The translations under genes were made by a program, and so were the position numbers. Positions 55,617 to 64,000 of a stretch of DNA of 64,000 nucleotides are shown piece by piece. The DNA is from an uncultured Clostridia bacterium (lineage in GTDB: Bacteria > Bacillota > Clostridia > Christensenellales > CAMQZB01), in NCBI GenBank assembly GCA_947039455.1, contig CAMQZB010000001.1, forward strand, positions 335,877 through 399,876, written 5' to 3'. The notes under the pieces were generated by a model. That model saw nothing but the letters and a program-made list of their open reading frames with translations. It was not told where the DNA came from and ran no database searches. Each line of letters opens with the position of its first letter. Position 1 is the first letter of the stretch.

Positions 55617-56435
55617 TCACATTAACTTCTTTCGTATTGAATGGCTAATAACTTCGATTACTACAACAGTACCAAACAAAGCTAGCAAGATCATTCCAAC
55701 ATTTCCATATTCACGCCAAGAGATGTTTTCGTTTAGAATTAAACCAATTCCACCCGCTCCAACGTATCCTAAAATTGCTGAATATCTTACATTTCCTTCA
55801 AAACAAAATAGACAATTTGCAATATATCCCGGTAGTACTTGTGGTGCTATTCCATTTAAAAATGAACGAGCTTTTGTTGTTCCCATTGCTTCCATTGCTT
55901 CATATGCACCCATATTCACTGTTTCAATTTGTTCATATAAAAGTTTTCCAATATATGAAAAAGTGAATATTGTGATAGCTACAGTTCCTGCAAATGTTCC
56001 AAGTCCAAATACAAATGTTGCAACTAATGCCACTACTAACGTTGGTAATGTTCTTGCTATTCCTAATACTAATCGTGCTAAAAATAGTATGAATTTATTT
56101 TTCACTATGTTTGATGCTGCTATAATTGCAACAGGGATTGCTAGAATTGAGCCAAAAAACGATCCTATTATAGACATTTTAATTGTGTCCATAAGTGGTA
56201 CCCAAATTTCGTTTAAATATCCAAAATTTGGTGGAATCATATCAATTAAAAGGTCGAAGAACTTAATACCACGTTCAAATAATACAACAAAGCTAAATCC
56301 TGTCATTTTAACAGAAATTAACGTACAAATTGCGATTATTATAGTAATTAAAAGCACTTTACTCTTCGGTTGCTCAATAACTTTTCCGTTGGTAAGTTTA
56401 TAGGTTTTTGTCTTCACTTGTTGATACCTCCGCAC
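55617..56435 (-). CDS. phnE: Phosphonate-type ABC transporter permease (second copy)
   Basis: 272 aa. EAMEAMGTTKARSFLNGIAPQV EAA loop. Paralogous to the downstream permease. Confidence 0.85.
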   Translation of the reverse strand: MRRYQQVKTKTYKLTNGKVIEQPKSKVLLITIIIAICTLISVKMTGFSFVVLFERGIKFFDLLIDMIPPNFGYLNEIWVPLMDTIKMSIIGSFFGSILAIPVAIIAASNIVKNKFILFLARLVLGIARTLPTLVVALVATFVFGLGTFAGTVAITIFTFSYIGKLLYEQIETVNMGAYEAMEAMGTTKARSFLNGIAPQVLPGYIANCLFCFEGNVRYSAILGYVGAGGIGLILNENISWREYGNVGMILLALFGTVVVIEVISHSIRKKLM

Positions 56436-57183
56436 TCACTTCTTCTGCAGGTTTATCATAAATGTATTCTAACGTTTTCTTGTCCACTTCACTGGCTAGT
56501 CCGTCGTAAACGATTTTTCCACCCTTAATTCCGATTACTCTATCAGCATATTCCAACGCTAAATCAACGTGGTGAATGTTTAATAGTATAGAAATGTTGG
56601 TTTCTTTGTTGATTTTCTTAAAATCGTCCATAACTTGTTTTGCAGTAACTGGATCAAGTGCTGCTACTGGCTCGTCAGCTAAAATAATATTAGGTTTTTG
56701 AGCTAGAGTTCTTGCTAATGCAACACGTTGTTGTTGTCCACCAGACAATTGATCAACTCTTGAATAAGCTTTTTCTAAAATTCCTACTTTATCAAGTGCT
56801 TCAAGTGCTAAAATTTTGTCTTCTCTTGGATACATTCCAAGAAATACTCTCCAAAATGGTAGATCAGGTACTCTTGCTTGCAAAACATTCTTTATTACTG
56901 TTGTTCTTGAAACTAGGTTGAATGATTGGAAAATCATTCCGATATTTCGTCTGAAGCTACGTAGTGCTTTGCCACTTAGTGTCAAAACATCAGTACCATC
57001 AACTGTTAATGTTCCTTCATTGATATCAATCATACGATTAATTGAACGAATAAGTGTTGACTTACCTGCTCCTGAAAGTCCAATAATAGCTACAAATTCG
57101 CCTTGCTCTATTTTCAAGCTTACGTCGTCTAAGCCTTTATATCCATTTGGATAAATTTTACTAACATTTTCAAATTGAATCAT
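56398..57183 (-). CDS. phnC: Phosphonate-type ABC transporter ATP-binding protein
   Basis: 261 aa. GLSGAGKSTL, LSGGQQQRVALAR, ILADEP. Start MIQFENVSKIY is typical of PhnC. Confidence 0.9.
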   Translation of the reverse strand: MIQFENVSKIYPNGYKGLDDVSLKIEQGEFVAIIGLSGAGKSTLIRSINRMIDINEGTLTVDGTDVLTLSGKALRSFRRNIGMIFQSFNLVSRTTVIKNVLQARVPDLPFWRVFLGMYPREDKILALEALDKVGILEKAYSRVDQLSGGQQQRVALARTLAQKPNIILADEPVAALDPVTAKQVMDDFKKINKETNISILLNIHHVDLALEYADRVIGIKGGKIVYDGLASEVDKKTLEYIYDKPAEEVSAEVSTSEDKNL

Positions 57184-57257
57184 TTGTGCCTCACTATTTA
57201 CAAATTTAAGGGTAGATAAAAATCCACCCTTAATTTTATAATATTATATTTTAATTA

Positions 57258-58274
57258 TTATTTCTTCAACAATTCTTGTGCTTTACGCTCATTATCATAA
57301 TCAGAATCTACTGCTACTACATATCCTTTGTGTTGGTAAATTGAAATTACTTCTTTACCAGCTTCAGTTGATGCGATGTTAATGAAAGCTTCTTGAACAG
57401 CTTTTTTGAACTCATCTGAATATGTGTCTGCATTTCTGCTTACACTGATTGTATCGTTGTAAATGTGTGGAGTAACTCCAATTACATTTGTTTCAACGAA
57501 AATGTCTTCAGTTCTTCCGAAATCAGTAGTCCATTTTGCTGCGTTATCACGTCTTGCATCAGCATAACATACGACTACGTCAAGTTGTCCAGCAGCTAAT
57601 CTACCGAATGAATCACTGTAGTTTCCTGTTTGTACAGCTGTTTTCAAATCAGTGATTTTTTTGTCAAAGTTTTCTTGCAACCAAATTGTTGGATATACAT
57701 ATCCAGCTGGTGATGTTGAAGATGAAACTCCCCAATTAGCACTGTTTATGTCGTCCCATGTTAAAGCTTCTCCAGCATTAACTTTTGCAGCAAGTTTTTG
57801 TCCAACTTCTGATGGTCCAGCGATAATCAATGAACGGTAACCGATTGCATCAGTTGTTAATGGCAATGTTGCCAATCCATCATTCCAATCTTTTGCATTT
57901 TCAGAATCTTTGCTTAGTGCGTCTCTTGTAGCTGTTAAAACAACTTCAGCTCCGTCACTATATAATACATATGTTGATCCAGGAATTAAACCGATATCAA
58001 TTGTACCAGCGTCAAGGCCCTCACCAACTGCTTCAAATGAAGTTCCAACTGTGATTTCAACGTTCTCAACAGTGTAACCAGCTTTAGCAAGCTCTGCGAT
58101 AAGCATTTCTTTAAGTGGCTCAGTAGCATTGATGATTTCATCTTGCTCTCTTGATGGAACGAATCCTACCACTAGATTTTCAATAGTTTTGCTGTCTCCC
58201 GCTTTTGGGCCACAACCTGCAAAAAGTCCTAAACAAAGAACCACTGCCAATAAAATAGCTATAACTTTTCTCAT
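57258..58274 (-). CDS. phnD: Phosphonate/phosphite-type ABC substrate-binding lipoprotein
   Basis: 338 aa. Lipobox LFAGC. PhnD-like (...LVVGFVPSREQDE...). Confidence 0.8.
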   Translation of the reverse strand: MRKVIAILLAVVLCLGLFAGCGPKAGDSKTIENLVVGFVPSREQDEIINATEPLKEMLIAELAKAGYTVENVEITVGTSFEAVGEGLDAGTIDIGLIPGSTYVLYSDGAEVVLTATRDALSKDSENAKDWNDGLATLPLTTDAIGYRSLIIAGPSEVGQKLAAKVNAGEALTWDDINSANWGVSSSTSPAGYVYPTIWLQENFDKKITDLKTAVQTGNYSDSFGRLAAGQLDVVVCYADARRDNAAKWTTDFGRTEDIFVETNVIGVTPHIYNDTISVSRNADTYSDEFKKAVQEAFINIASTEAGKEVISIYQHKGYVVAVDSDYDNERKAQELLKK

Positions 58275-58362
58275 ACTATCCTCCTAGGTTTGAATATATA
58301 TACAAAGCTTTCTGCTTTATATTTCTAAATTAATTGGAATTAAATAAAACCCCAATATCTTT

Positions 58363-58391
58363 AGTATATCATTTAGAAATAAATAATTCAA
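58363..58391 (-). promoter_or_regulatory. Candidate promoter of the phn operon
   Basis: Minus strand: TTGAAT (58391-58386), 17 nt, TATACT (58368-58363). Confidence 0.4.
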
Positions 58392-58461
58392 GCATTTGAC
58401 CATAATATTTACTAATTTTTAGTAAATATATTTTTCCAAATTATGAGAATGCTAATTAGTA

Positions 58462-60015
58462 TTATTTTTTATTCACCAATCCTAAATCTCCACTTCGATC
58501 TTGATATGATGTATGAAGCATTTCTTCTGCAATTTTTGAAAGTGGCGCACCGTAAAATTCTTTGTATAATTCTATGATTTCTTGGTTTTTGTGACTTGTT
58601 CTATTTGCTAGAGATTTATCACGTTTATACAGTCCGTCAATACGGTTTTGACGTAATTTGTCGCCTTTTTCAATTGTACCTTTAGGCTGTCCGCCACCAC
58701 CAATACAACCACCTGGGCAAGTCATAACTTCAATAAAATGATATTGTTTATTATTTGTTTTCACCATTTCTATCATCTTAGACGCGGCTTTTGTTCCATA
58801 AACCACCGCAATATTAACAGTTAGTTCCCCAATTTTCAATGTAGCTTCTTTAATATCTTCCAATCCGCGAACAGGATTTAATTCATACAGTAATTCAGGA
58901 GCTTTTTCGCCAAGAATATATTCATATGCCGTACGCAATGCAGCTTCCATAACTCCACCAGAGTTACCGAAAATCACACCAGCACCAGAGGCTTCGCTCA
59001 TTAATTTATCATAACTAGAATCAGCTAAATTTGCAAAATCTATATTTTCTTCTTTTGCCCACTTAGCAAGCTCTCTTGTAGTAATTACATAATCCATGTC
59101 ACGCAAATTTTCTATATCATTATATTTTGCGGAATCATTCATTTCTATTCTTTGTATTTCAAATTTCTTTGCTGTACATGGAGTTACTGCAACATTAACA
59201 ATTTTACTTGGATCAATGTTCATTTTTTTAGCAAAATACGTTTTAATTGTTGGTCCTTGCATTCCTATTGGGCTTTTTGCTGTAGATAAATGTGGCAACA
59301 TATCAGTATGATATGTTTCTGCATACTTCACCCATGATGGACAACAGCTTGTAAATTGTGGAAGTGGTTTTGTATTATTTGTTATACGTTGAACTAGTTC
59401 ACTAGCTTCTTCTACTATTGTTAAATCAGCTGCAAAATTCGTGTCTAACACATAACTTGCTCCTAACTCTCTTAGCAACGCTACTGTCTTTCCTTCAACA
59501 AAACTACCGTCTGCCATACCAAATTCTTCACCTAGAGCAATTCTAACTGATGGAGATGTGCTGAATATTACAATTTTATCAGAATTTTTTATTTCAGCAG
59601 CTACTTTAGAATATTCGTATTTCTCAGTTATACTCGAAACTGGACATACGTTGGCACACTGACCACAGTTAATACAAACTGCAACATCATTTGTGTCTTT
59701 CAATTCATACGTTCCATGAACGTTTATGTAATTTTCGCAAACAGTTTTGCATTTTCCACACTTGATACACTTGCTCTCATCTCTTTCAATTGATGGATTG
59801 TCAAGCTCGATTGGCACTCTAATGTTTGATGACATATGTTTACTGTCATTATTCACCGTAGGAATTTCAACTACTTTGTCGCCCTCTTCTTGGTGAAAAA
59901 ATTCTTTTCCCATTGCACAAAGCGGACATAACCATTCACCATCTAAATCAGCCCATAGGCCATTTTCTTTTTCGTCATGTACGTAACCACAAATTTCACA
60001 TATATATTTATTCAT
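58462..60015 (-). CDS. [FeFe]-hydrogenase catalytic subunit with N-terminal rubredoxin-like domain and two [4Fe-4S] ferredoxin motifs
   Basis: 517 aa. Rubredoxin knuckles CEICGY...CPLC. CIKCGKCKTVC and CINCGQCANVCP. H-cluster motifs TSCCPSW, TPCTAKKFE, EVMTCPGGCIGGGGQP. Confidence 0.85.
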   Translation of the reverse strand: MNKYICEICGYVHDEKENGLWADLDGEWLCPLCAMGKEFFHQEEGDKVVEIPTVNNDSKHMSSNIRVPIELDNPSIERDESKCIKCGKCKTVCENYINVHGTYELKDTNDVAVCINCGQCANVCPVSSITEKYEYSKVAAEIKNSDKIVIFSTSPSVRIALGEEFGMADGSFVEGKTVALLRELGASYVLDTNFAADLTIVEEASELVQRITNNTKPLPQFTSCCPSWVKYAETYHTDMLPHLSTAKSPIGMQGPTIKTYFAKKMNIDPSKIVNVAVTPCTAKKFEIQRIEMNDSAKYNDIENLRDMDYVITTRELAKWAKEENIDFANLADSSYDKLMSEASGAGVIFGNSGGVMEAALRTAYEYILGEKAPELLYELNPVRGLEDIKEATLKIGELTVNIAVVYGTKAASKMIEMVKTNNKQYHFIEVMTCPGGCIGGGGQPKGTIEKGDKLRQNRIDGLYKRDKSLANRTSHKNQEIIELYKEFYGAPLSKIAEEMLHTSYQDRSGDLGLVNKK

Positions 60016-60066
60016 AATTTTCTCCTTTCTAATCTAATATCTATTTACTTTTAGTATATCACAATA

Positions 60067-60121
60067 AATAACTAAAAGCAAATAAATAGTAATAATTACT
60101 ACTTATTTGCTTTTAGTTATT
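60067..60121. repeat. 55-nt near-perfect palindrome (19-bp outer + 7-bp inner arms); helicase terminator overlapping the hydrogenase -35
   Basis: AATAACTAAAAGCAAATAA (60067-60085) / TTATTTGCTTTTAGTTATT (60103-60121), perfect. Inner TAGTAAT-A-ATTACTA (60087-60101). Confidence 0.8.
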
Positions 60122-60144
60122 CTTTATAAAATTATAATTCTGGT

Positions 60145-61590
60145 TTATTCTTCGTCTACACGGCTTACAACTCTTGGTCTGCCTTTTATATTTTTAGTTT
60201 GTAGAGCTTTTATTACTGAATTGCCTTTTCCGTTTAGGATTTCAACAAAGGTAGAAATATCAAATATAGTAATAATACCAATGTCCGTTGCTGTCATACC
60301 TTCGATACTACATAGTGTTCCTACGATATCCACTGCACGCATTTTTGTTTTCTTTCCTGCATTTATGTGAATTTTCATGATATCTTCAGACAATTTAGTG
60401 CCTTTGCTCTCTTTCAATTCAGGTTTCATTTGAATTTTTTTCATGAAACTAGCTTTTGCTTTTTCAACTTCACTTCTTGTTGGTTCATCAAGCAATTTTT
60501 GAGTAAGTCCAAGAGATTCTTTTAGCAATTGAAACGAATATTGACCTATTTCACTAACTAAAGATACAGCTTTTCCTCTTTTTCCATTTCTTCCTGTACG
60601 TCCTGTTCTATGAACAAAACTCTCTTGTTTTTTTGGCATATCAAAGTTGATTATTAGTGAAATATCATCAACGTCAATTCCTCTTGCAGCAACATCGGTT
60701 GCTACTAGATACCTAAATTCGTTGCGTTTGAATTTTTCCATTATTTCAGTACGATCACGTTGCTCCATTCCACCATGCAATTTCTTACTGTTGTATCCGT
60801 TTTGAAATAGGAAGTTTTCAGCGGAATCAACTGCGGCTTTAGTGTTAGCAAAAATAATACAGCTATCAGGATTTTCAAGTATTGTTATATCTTTTAAAAG
60901 GTTAAGTTTTGTTGACTCTTTCGCTTTATAGAACAAGTAAGTAATATCGTTTACTTCAGTGCTTTCTTCAGTTACTTCAACTTTTACTGGATTTTTCATA
61001 TGTTTTTTGATCATTGCATCAATTTTTGCGTCCATTGTTGCTGATACTAAGATCGTTACTCTATTTTTTGAAATTGTGTTTATAATTTTCTCAACTTCTT
61101 CGATAAAGCCCATGTTCAACATTTCGTCAGCTTCATCAATTACAAGAATTTGTATATTCTTAGTGTTTAATGTTCCGTTGCTGATATGATCTAAAACTCG
61201 TCCTGGAGTTCCTACTGCTATATGGGATTTTTGGTTTAGCATTCTGGTTTGTCTTCCGTATGCCTCGCCACCAAACAACTCAACAGTTTTTATTCTTTTG
61301 AATCGTCCAATATTAAACACATCTTCACTAACTTGTTTCGCTAGTTCACGAGTTGGGGTTAACACTAGTGCTTGCACTTCATTTTCAGTCCAATCGATTA
61401 ATTCACACACTGGTATTGCAAAAGATGCAGTCTTTCCACTACCTGTTTGGGATTTGATTATTACATCATTTTTTTCTAAAATTGCTGGAATTGTTCTGTT
61501 TTGTACTTCTGTTGGGTTTTTATAATTTAAAAGCTCCAATGCTCTTAATATGTCATCACCCAATTTATAATTGCTAAAATTATTACTCAT
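60145..61590 (-). CDS. DEAD-box ATP-dependent RNA helicase with DbpA-type C-terminal RNA-binding domain
   Basis: 481 aa. Q-motif, SQTGSGKT, VIDEADEML, SAT, HRTGRTGR. C-terminal ...HINAGKKTKMRAVDIVG...ILNGK... is DbpA-like. Confidence 0.85.
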   Translation of the reverse strand: MSNNFSNYKLGDDILRALELLNYKNPTEVQNRTIPAILEKNDVIIKSQTGSGKTASFAIPVCELIDWTENEVQALVLTPTRELAKQVSEDVFNIGRFKRIKTVELFGGEAYGRQTRMLNQKSHIAVGTPGRVLDHISNGTLNTKNIQILVIDEADEMLNMGFIEEVEKIINTISKNRVTILVSATMDAKIDAMIKKHMKNPVKVEVTEESTEVNDITYLFYKAKESTKLNLLKDITILENPDSCIIFANTKAAVDSAENFLFQNGYNSKKLHGGMEQRDRTEIMEKFKRNEFRYLVATDVAARGIDVDDISLIINFDMPKKQESFVHRTGRTGRNGKRGKAVSLVSEIGQYSFQLLKESLGLTQKLLDEPTRSEVEKAKASFMKKIQMKPELKESKGTKLSEDIMKIHINAGKKTKMRAVDIVGTLCSIEGMTATDIGIITIFDISTFVEILNGKGNSVIKALQTKNIKGRPRVVSRVDEE

Positions 61591-61680
61591 TTGCTATCTC
61601 TCTCTTTATTTACTTTGTTGTTTTTATAAGAAATTTGAATTTCTCTTTACTTTTTCTCCACTATTATATCATATAAATTG

Positions 61681-61719
61681 AAAAACACCTAACGAAGTAA
61701 TTTCTTACTTTTATAGGTG
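61681..61719 (-). terminator. Terminator after the 202-aa gene
   Basis: Minus strand: CACCTA...TAGGTG stem with partly paired interior, followed by UUUUU. Confidence 0.45.
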
Positions 61720-61728
61720 CTTAATGTT

Positions 61729-62337
61729 TTATGTAACTGGATAATAGTAGATAGACATTTCATTGTTTTCATGGTCTATCACATGAATTGCGTGAGATTC
61801 TACTTTAATAGGATCTTCGATTTTTTCAAACTCATCATAATTAAGATAAAATCCTTCTGAAACCTTACTGTCCACATAAGAAATATTAATGTTACTAAAT
61901 CTTACATCATATTGGTTTGATTCAATAGAACTTGTTGCTATTTTTATTGCACCAAGAGTATCTTTTAATTTTACTACACTTTCATTCTTACCTTCTGGCT
62001 TTCCTATCATAATAAGTTTTACGCCAACCTCGTCATTGGTGATTTGCCAATGCTCTAGATCGTTATTATATGTAATCAACACGTCAACTAAAAATGATTC
62101 TAGTTCACCGTCTTCATAATTAAATTTGCTTGTGTTTGCAATATAAATTTCGTCATTGTCAACTCCTAATTTTTCTTGAACACTATTATATAGTTTAGAA
62201 TTACTAACTAAATCAAAATCGCCTTTGATATAAATATCTCTACCGTGTCTATTCATGTAAATTACTGTTACTACGGTAGTCAATAAAATCAGAAAAACAC
62301 AGCTGACTATAATTATATTTCTTTTTGTTAAGCTCAT
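61729..62337 (-). CDS. Hypothetical membrane-anchored protein
   Basis: 202 aa. N-terminal TM (IIIVSCVFLILLTTVVTVIY). No family recognised. Confidence 0.5.
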   Translation of the reverse strand: MSLTKRNIIIVSCVFLILLTTVVTVIYMNRHGRDIYIKGDFDLVSNSKLYNSVQEKLGVDNDEIYIANTSKFNYEDGELESFLVDVLITYNNDLEHWQITNDEVGVKLIMIGKPEGKNESVVKLKDTLGAIKIATSSIESNQYDVRFSNINISYVDSKVSEGFYLNYDEFEKIEDPIKVESHAIHVIDHENNEMSIYYYPVT

Positions 62338-62454
62338 AGGTTACCCCTTTGTTATTATTTCTCAGCTATTTTAAATTATAACACAAATGATTTTGTTTGT
62401 CAATATTTTTGTGTTTTTTTAATTGTTTGCCACACTATAGTTTTAAAGTAAATA

Positions 62455-62484
62455 AAGAAAACCGCAATATTTTGTGGTTTTCTT
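62455..62484 (-). terminator. Terminator hairpin downstream of a 20-codon ORF
   Basis: AAGAAAACCGCAA / TTGTGGTTTTCTT (13 bp with one G-U), loop TATT. A T-rich tail follows on the minus-strand transcript. Confidence 0.5.
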
Positions 62485-62506
62485 TAACATTACATTATTT
62501 TGAATT

Positions 62507-62569
62507 TCATTTATTTACGTTCTTTTGCAACATTTTAGGGGAATTTTCAACTGTTTTTTCTATTGTCAT
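62507..62569 (-). CDS. Candidate 20-aa small ORF (MTIEKTVENSPKMLQKNVNK)
   Basis: ATG 62569 preceded by AAGGAGA with 5-nt spacing. Stop TGA at 62509-62507. Terminator 23 nt downstream. No homology evidence is available to me. Confidence 0.25.
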   Translation of the reverse strand: MTIEKTVENSPKMLQKNVNK

Positions 62570-62692
62570 AATAATCTCCTTTTCTTTATAAACATTACTC
62601 TACATAGTATGATTAAATTTTTTCTTTAGTGTTTTTTCGTATATTTTCCAGAAGATTTCATATATTAGCAATATAATCCTTTGGAGGACCCT

Positions 62693-63166
62693 ATGATTAA
62701 AACTACTACAAAAAAGAAAATTGTTTCATTTATTATTATTTCGTTAATCACTTTAGCTATTGTTAGCATTGGTAGTATTTTTTCCAACACGGAAATTTAC
62801 GGCGAATTCACAAAACCTTTCTTCGCACCACCTTCTTGGTTGTTCGGCATTGTTTGGCCTATTCTTTACGTTCTTATGATAGTTTCCGCTTGGCTTGTTT
62901 ATAATACTGAAGATATTGATGTTAAATTGCCATTGAAATTATACTTGTTTCAACTTGTTCTAAATTCTATTTGGCCTATTATTTTCTTTAACTTTGAACT
63001 GTATTTACTAGCTTTCGTTTGGCTTTGTATGCTTCTTTTCTTTGTTATTTACATGGCTTACGAATTCTATAAAGTAAATAAACTTGCTGGACTTTTGCAA
63101 ATCCCTTACATTCTTTGGCTTATTTTTGCTGGAGTGTTGAACTTCGCTATATTCTTGCTTAACTAA
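62693..63166 (+). CDS. tspO: TspO/MBR family tryptophan-rich sensory protein
   Basis: KPFFAPPSWLFGIVWPILYVLM... and 5-TM organisation. ATG 62693 preceded by GGAGGA. The track's TTG 62681 is the SD itself. Confidence 0.85.
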   Translation: MIKTTTKKKIVSFIIISLITLAIVSIGSIFSNTEIYGEFTKPFFAPPSWLFGIVWPILYVLMIVSAWLVYNTEDIDVKLPLKLYLFQLVLNSIWPIIFFNFELYLLAFVWLCMLLFFVIYMAYEFYKVNKLAGLLQIPYILWLIFAGVLNFAIFLLN

Positions 63167-63193
63167 CATTATTTTATAGTTTTAGATATAAAA

Positions 63194-63229
63194 ACAGTCG
63201 CAAATATATTATATTGTGACTGTTTTTTT
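63194..63229 (+). terminator. Terminator after tspO
   Basis: ACAGTCGCAA / TTGTGACTGT (one G-U) followed by T7. Confidence 0.65.
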
Positions 63230-63248
63230 ATTTAATTATTATATTTCG

Positions 63249-64000
63249 TTATTTTGCTTTACGTTTTAACACTAATACTGATAACCCAAAAAAGATTATT
63301 CCTGTTGCTATTAGTATTAATATACTTTCAAAACTTGTTATAGTGTGTTCTCCTAGAGTGTAAACTACTCCCATTTTTTCTTGAAACGCTGTAATCACTT
63401 CTTGCGGTGCGTTTACGAATGTTACTTCTATAGGCTTCGCTGTAAATACTTGCCTAAACAATGCTCCCGAATGGGAAATTGGGAACACTTTCATTACTAT
63501 TTGTACCGATTCCGATAAATCGCCAATGGGCATATATACTCCTGTGACAAATCCTATTAGTGTTCCTAATATTGTACTTGCTGCTGCAAATGCACTTTGA
63601 CTTTTTATAAATGATACTAAAAACAGCACCATTGAAACAATGGTGAAGGTTGATAGTATTATTATCAATACCACTTTTACTAATGCTAATATTCCAAGAA
63701 TTTCTCCGCCTTTTACTGCTACGTAAATTTGCGATAACACTAGTGTAAATAGGCTCATAATTATTCCTACAATAACAGCACTTAGCACATAACCACCCAT
63801 TATTTTATAGCTTTTCATTGGAGAAACTACGAAATCTTTGTTGATTTTCCTAGCGCCATCCTCTACCATTGCTCCGAATGCGCCCATAGATGTAGTCACT
63901 GCTGTTACCGTTAACAATCCCGCTATGATCCATGAATCCATTAGATTTGAAACACCTTCTACTTCTTGCCCTTCAAACATTCCAAGCCATGAATTACCTA
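63249..64000 (-). CDS. ABC-2-type transporter permease, N-terminus beyond window edge
   Basis: Polytopic C-terminal part. The frame stays open upstream of the track's Met (…GNSWLG MFEGQ…) to position 64000. Confidence 0.6.
   Translation of the reverse strand, partial: GNSWLGMFEGQEVEGVSNLMDSWIIAGLLTVTAVTTSMGAFGAMVEDGARKINKDFVVSPMKSYKIMGGYVLSAVIVGIIMSLFTLVLSQIYVAVKGGEILGILALVKVVLIIILSTFTIVSMVLFLVSFIKSQSAFAAASTILGTLIGFVTGVYMPIGDLSESVQIVMKVFPISHSGALFRQVFTAKPIEVTFVNAPQEVITAFQEKMGVVYTLGEHTITSFESILILIATGIIFFGLSVLVLKRKAK

Noticed and set aside
58408-58426. Palindrome TTTACTAA-TTT-TTAGTAAA upstream of the phn promoter, considered as a PhoP/Pho-box-like site.
   Set aside because: It is A/T-only and does not match the direct-repeat architecture of Firmicute Pho boxes as I recall them. 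It could equally be a weak terminator for the hydrogenase gene.
62397-62591. 64-aa plus-strand ORF in the tspO upstream region (TTG start).
   Set aside because: It has no SD and a Phe/Leu/Ile-rich low-complexity translation. It also contains the 62455-62484 terminator hairpin within it.

Overview
64-kb chromosomal segment from an AT-rich, low-GC Firmicute. It looks Clostridia-like from gene content, strong GGAGG-type ribosome-binding sites and A/T-flanked bidirectional terminators, but the taxon is inference only. I count about 62 protein genes, 57 of them on the minus strand. The five plus-strand genes are four transcription factors (3 AraC, 1 GntR/FadR) and TspO.

Content in order:
1. ABC substrate-binding protein, FGGY kinase, DeoC-type aldolase and a GntR regulator.
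2. ECF sigma factor with a zf-HC2 anti-sigma factor.
3. L-fucose island: Rbs-like ABC importer, AraC, fucO-fucI-fucK-fucA-fucU, second AraC.
4. Fur-family regulator with a QueD/PTPS-like protein carrying a Zn-ribbon, then ClbS/DfsB.
5. Two triple beta-sandwich (CarboxypepD_reg-like) proteins that lack signal peptides.
6. GntR/FadR regulator, then hypA translationally coupled to an 898-aa Fe-S flavoprotein.
7. GPH symporter, GH2 glycosidase and AraC.
8. Glycerol operon: glpP, a G3P-dehydrogenase set and glpK, ending in a hydrolase-membrane fusion.
9. Processive GT2 synthase with a polytopic membrane partner.
10. Cellobiose-type PTS island: LicR-type regulator, two HPr genes, MupG/DUF871 and three unknown small proteins.
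11. PepSY protein with a two-component system.
12. ogt with a frameshifted ABM gene.
13. phnDCEE with a metallophosphoesterase.
14. Rubredoxin-fused [FeFe]-hydrogenase, DbpA-type DEAD-box helicase, TspO, and an ABC-2 permease cut by the window edge.

I recognised no rRNA, tRNA, CRISPR array, transposase, integrase or phage gene.

Bottom line: I did not find a convincing self-contained novel multi-gene system such as a defence island. The window reads as ordinary accessory catabolic and redox islands. The items most worth a second look are:
- the orphan hypA coupled to the large Fe-S flavoprotein;
- the paired cytoplasmic CarboxypepD_reg-repeat proteins;
- the Fur-family / QueD-like-Zn-ribbon operon;
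- the hydrolase-membrane fusion that ends a glpF-less glycerol operon;
- the unknown small proteins and extra HPr in the PTS island;
- an intergenic (CAA)13 microsatellite;
- two apparently leaderless AraC genes;
- a homopolymer frameshift in an ABM gene.

All family calls come from motif recognition by eye. No database search was run.
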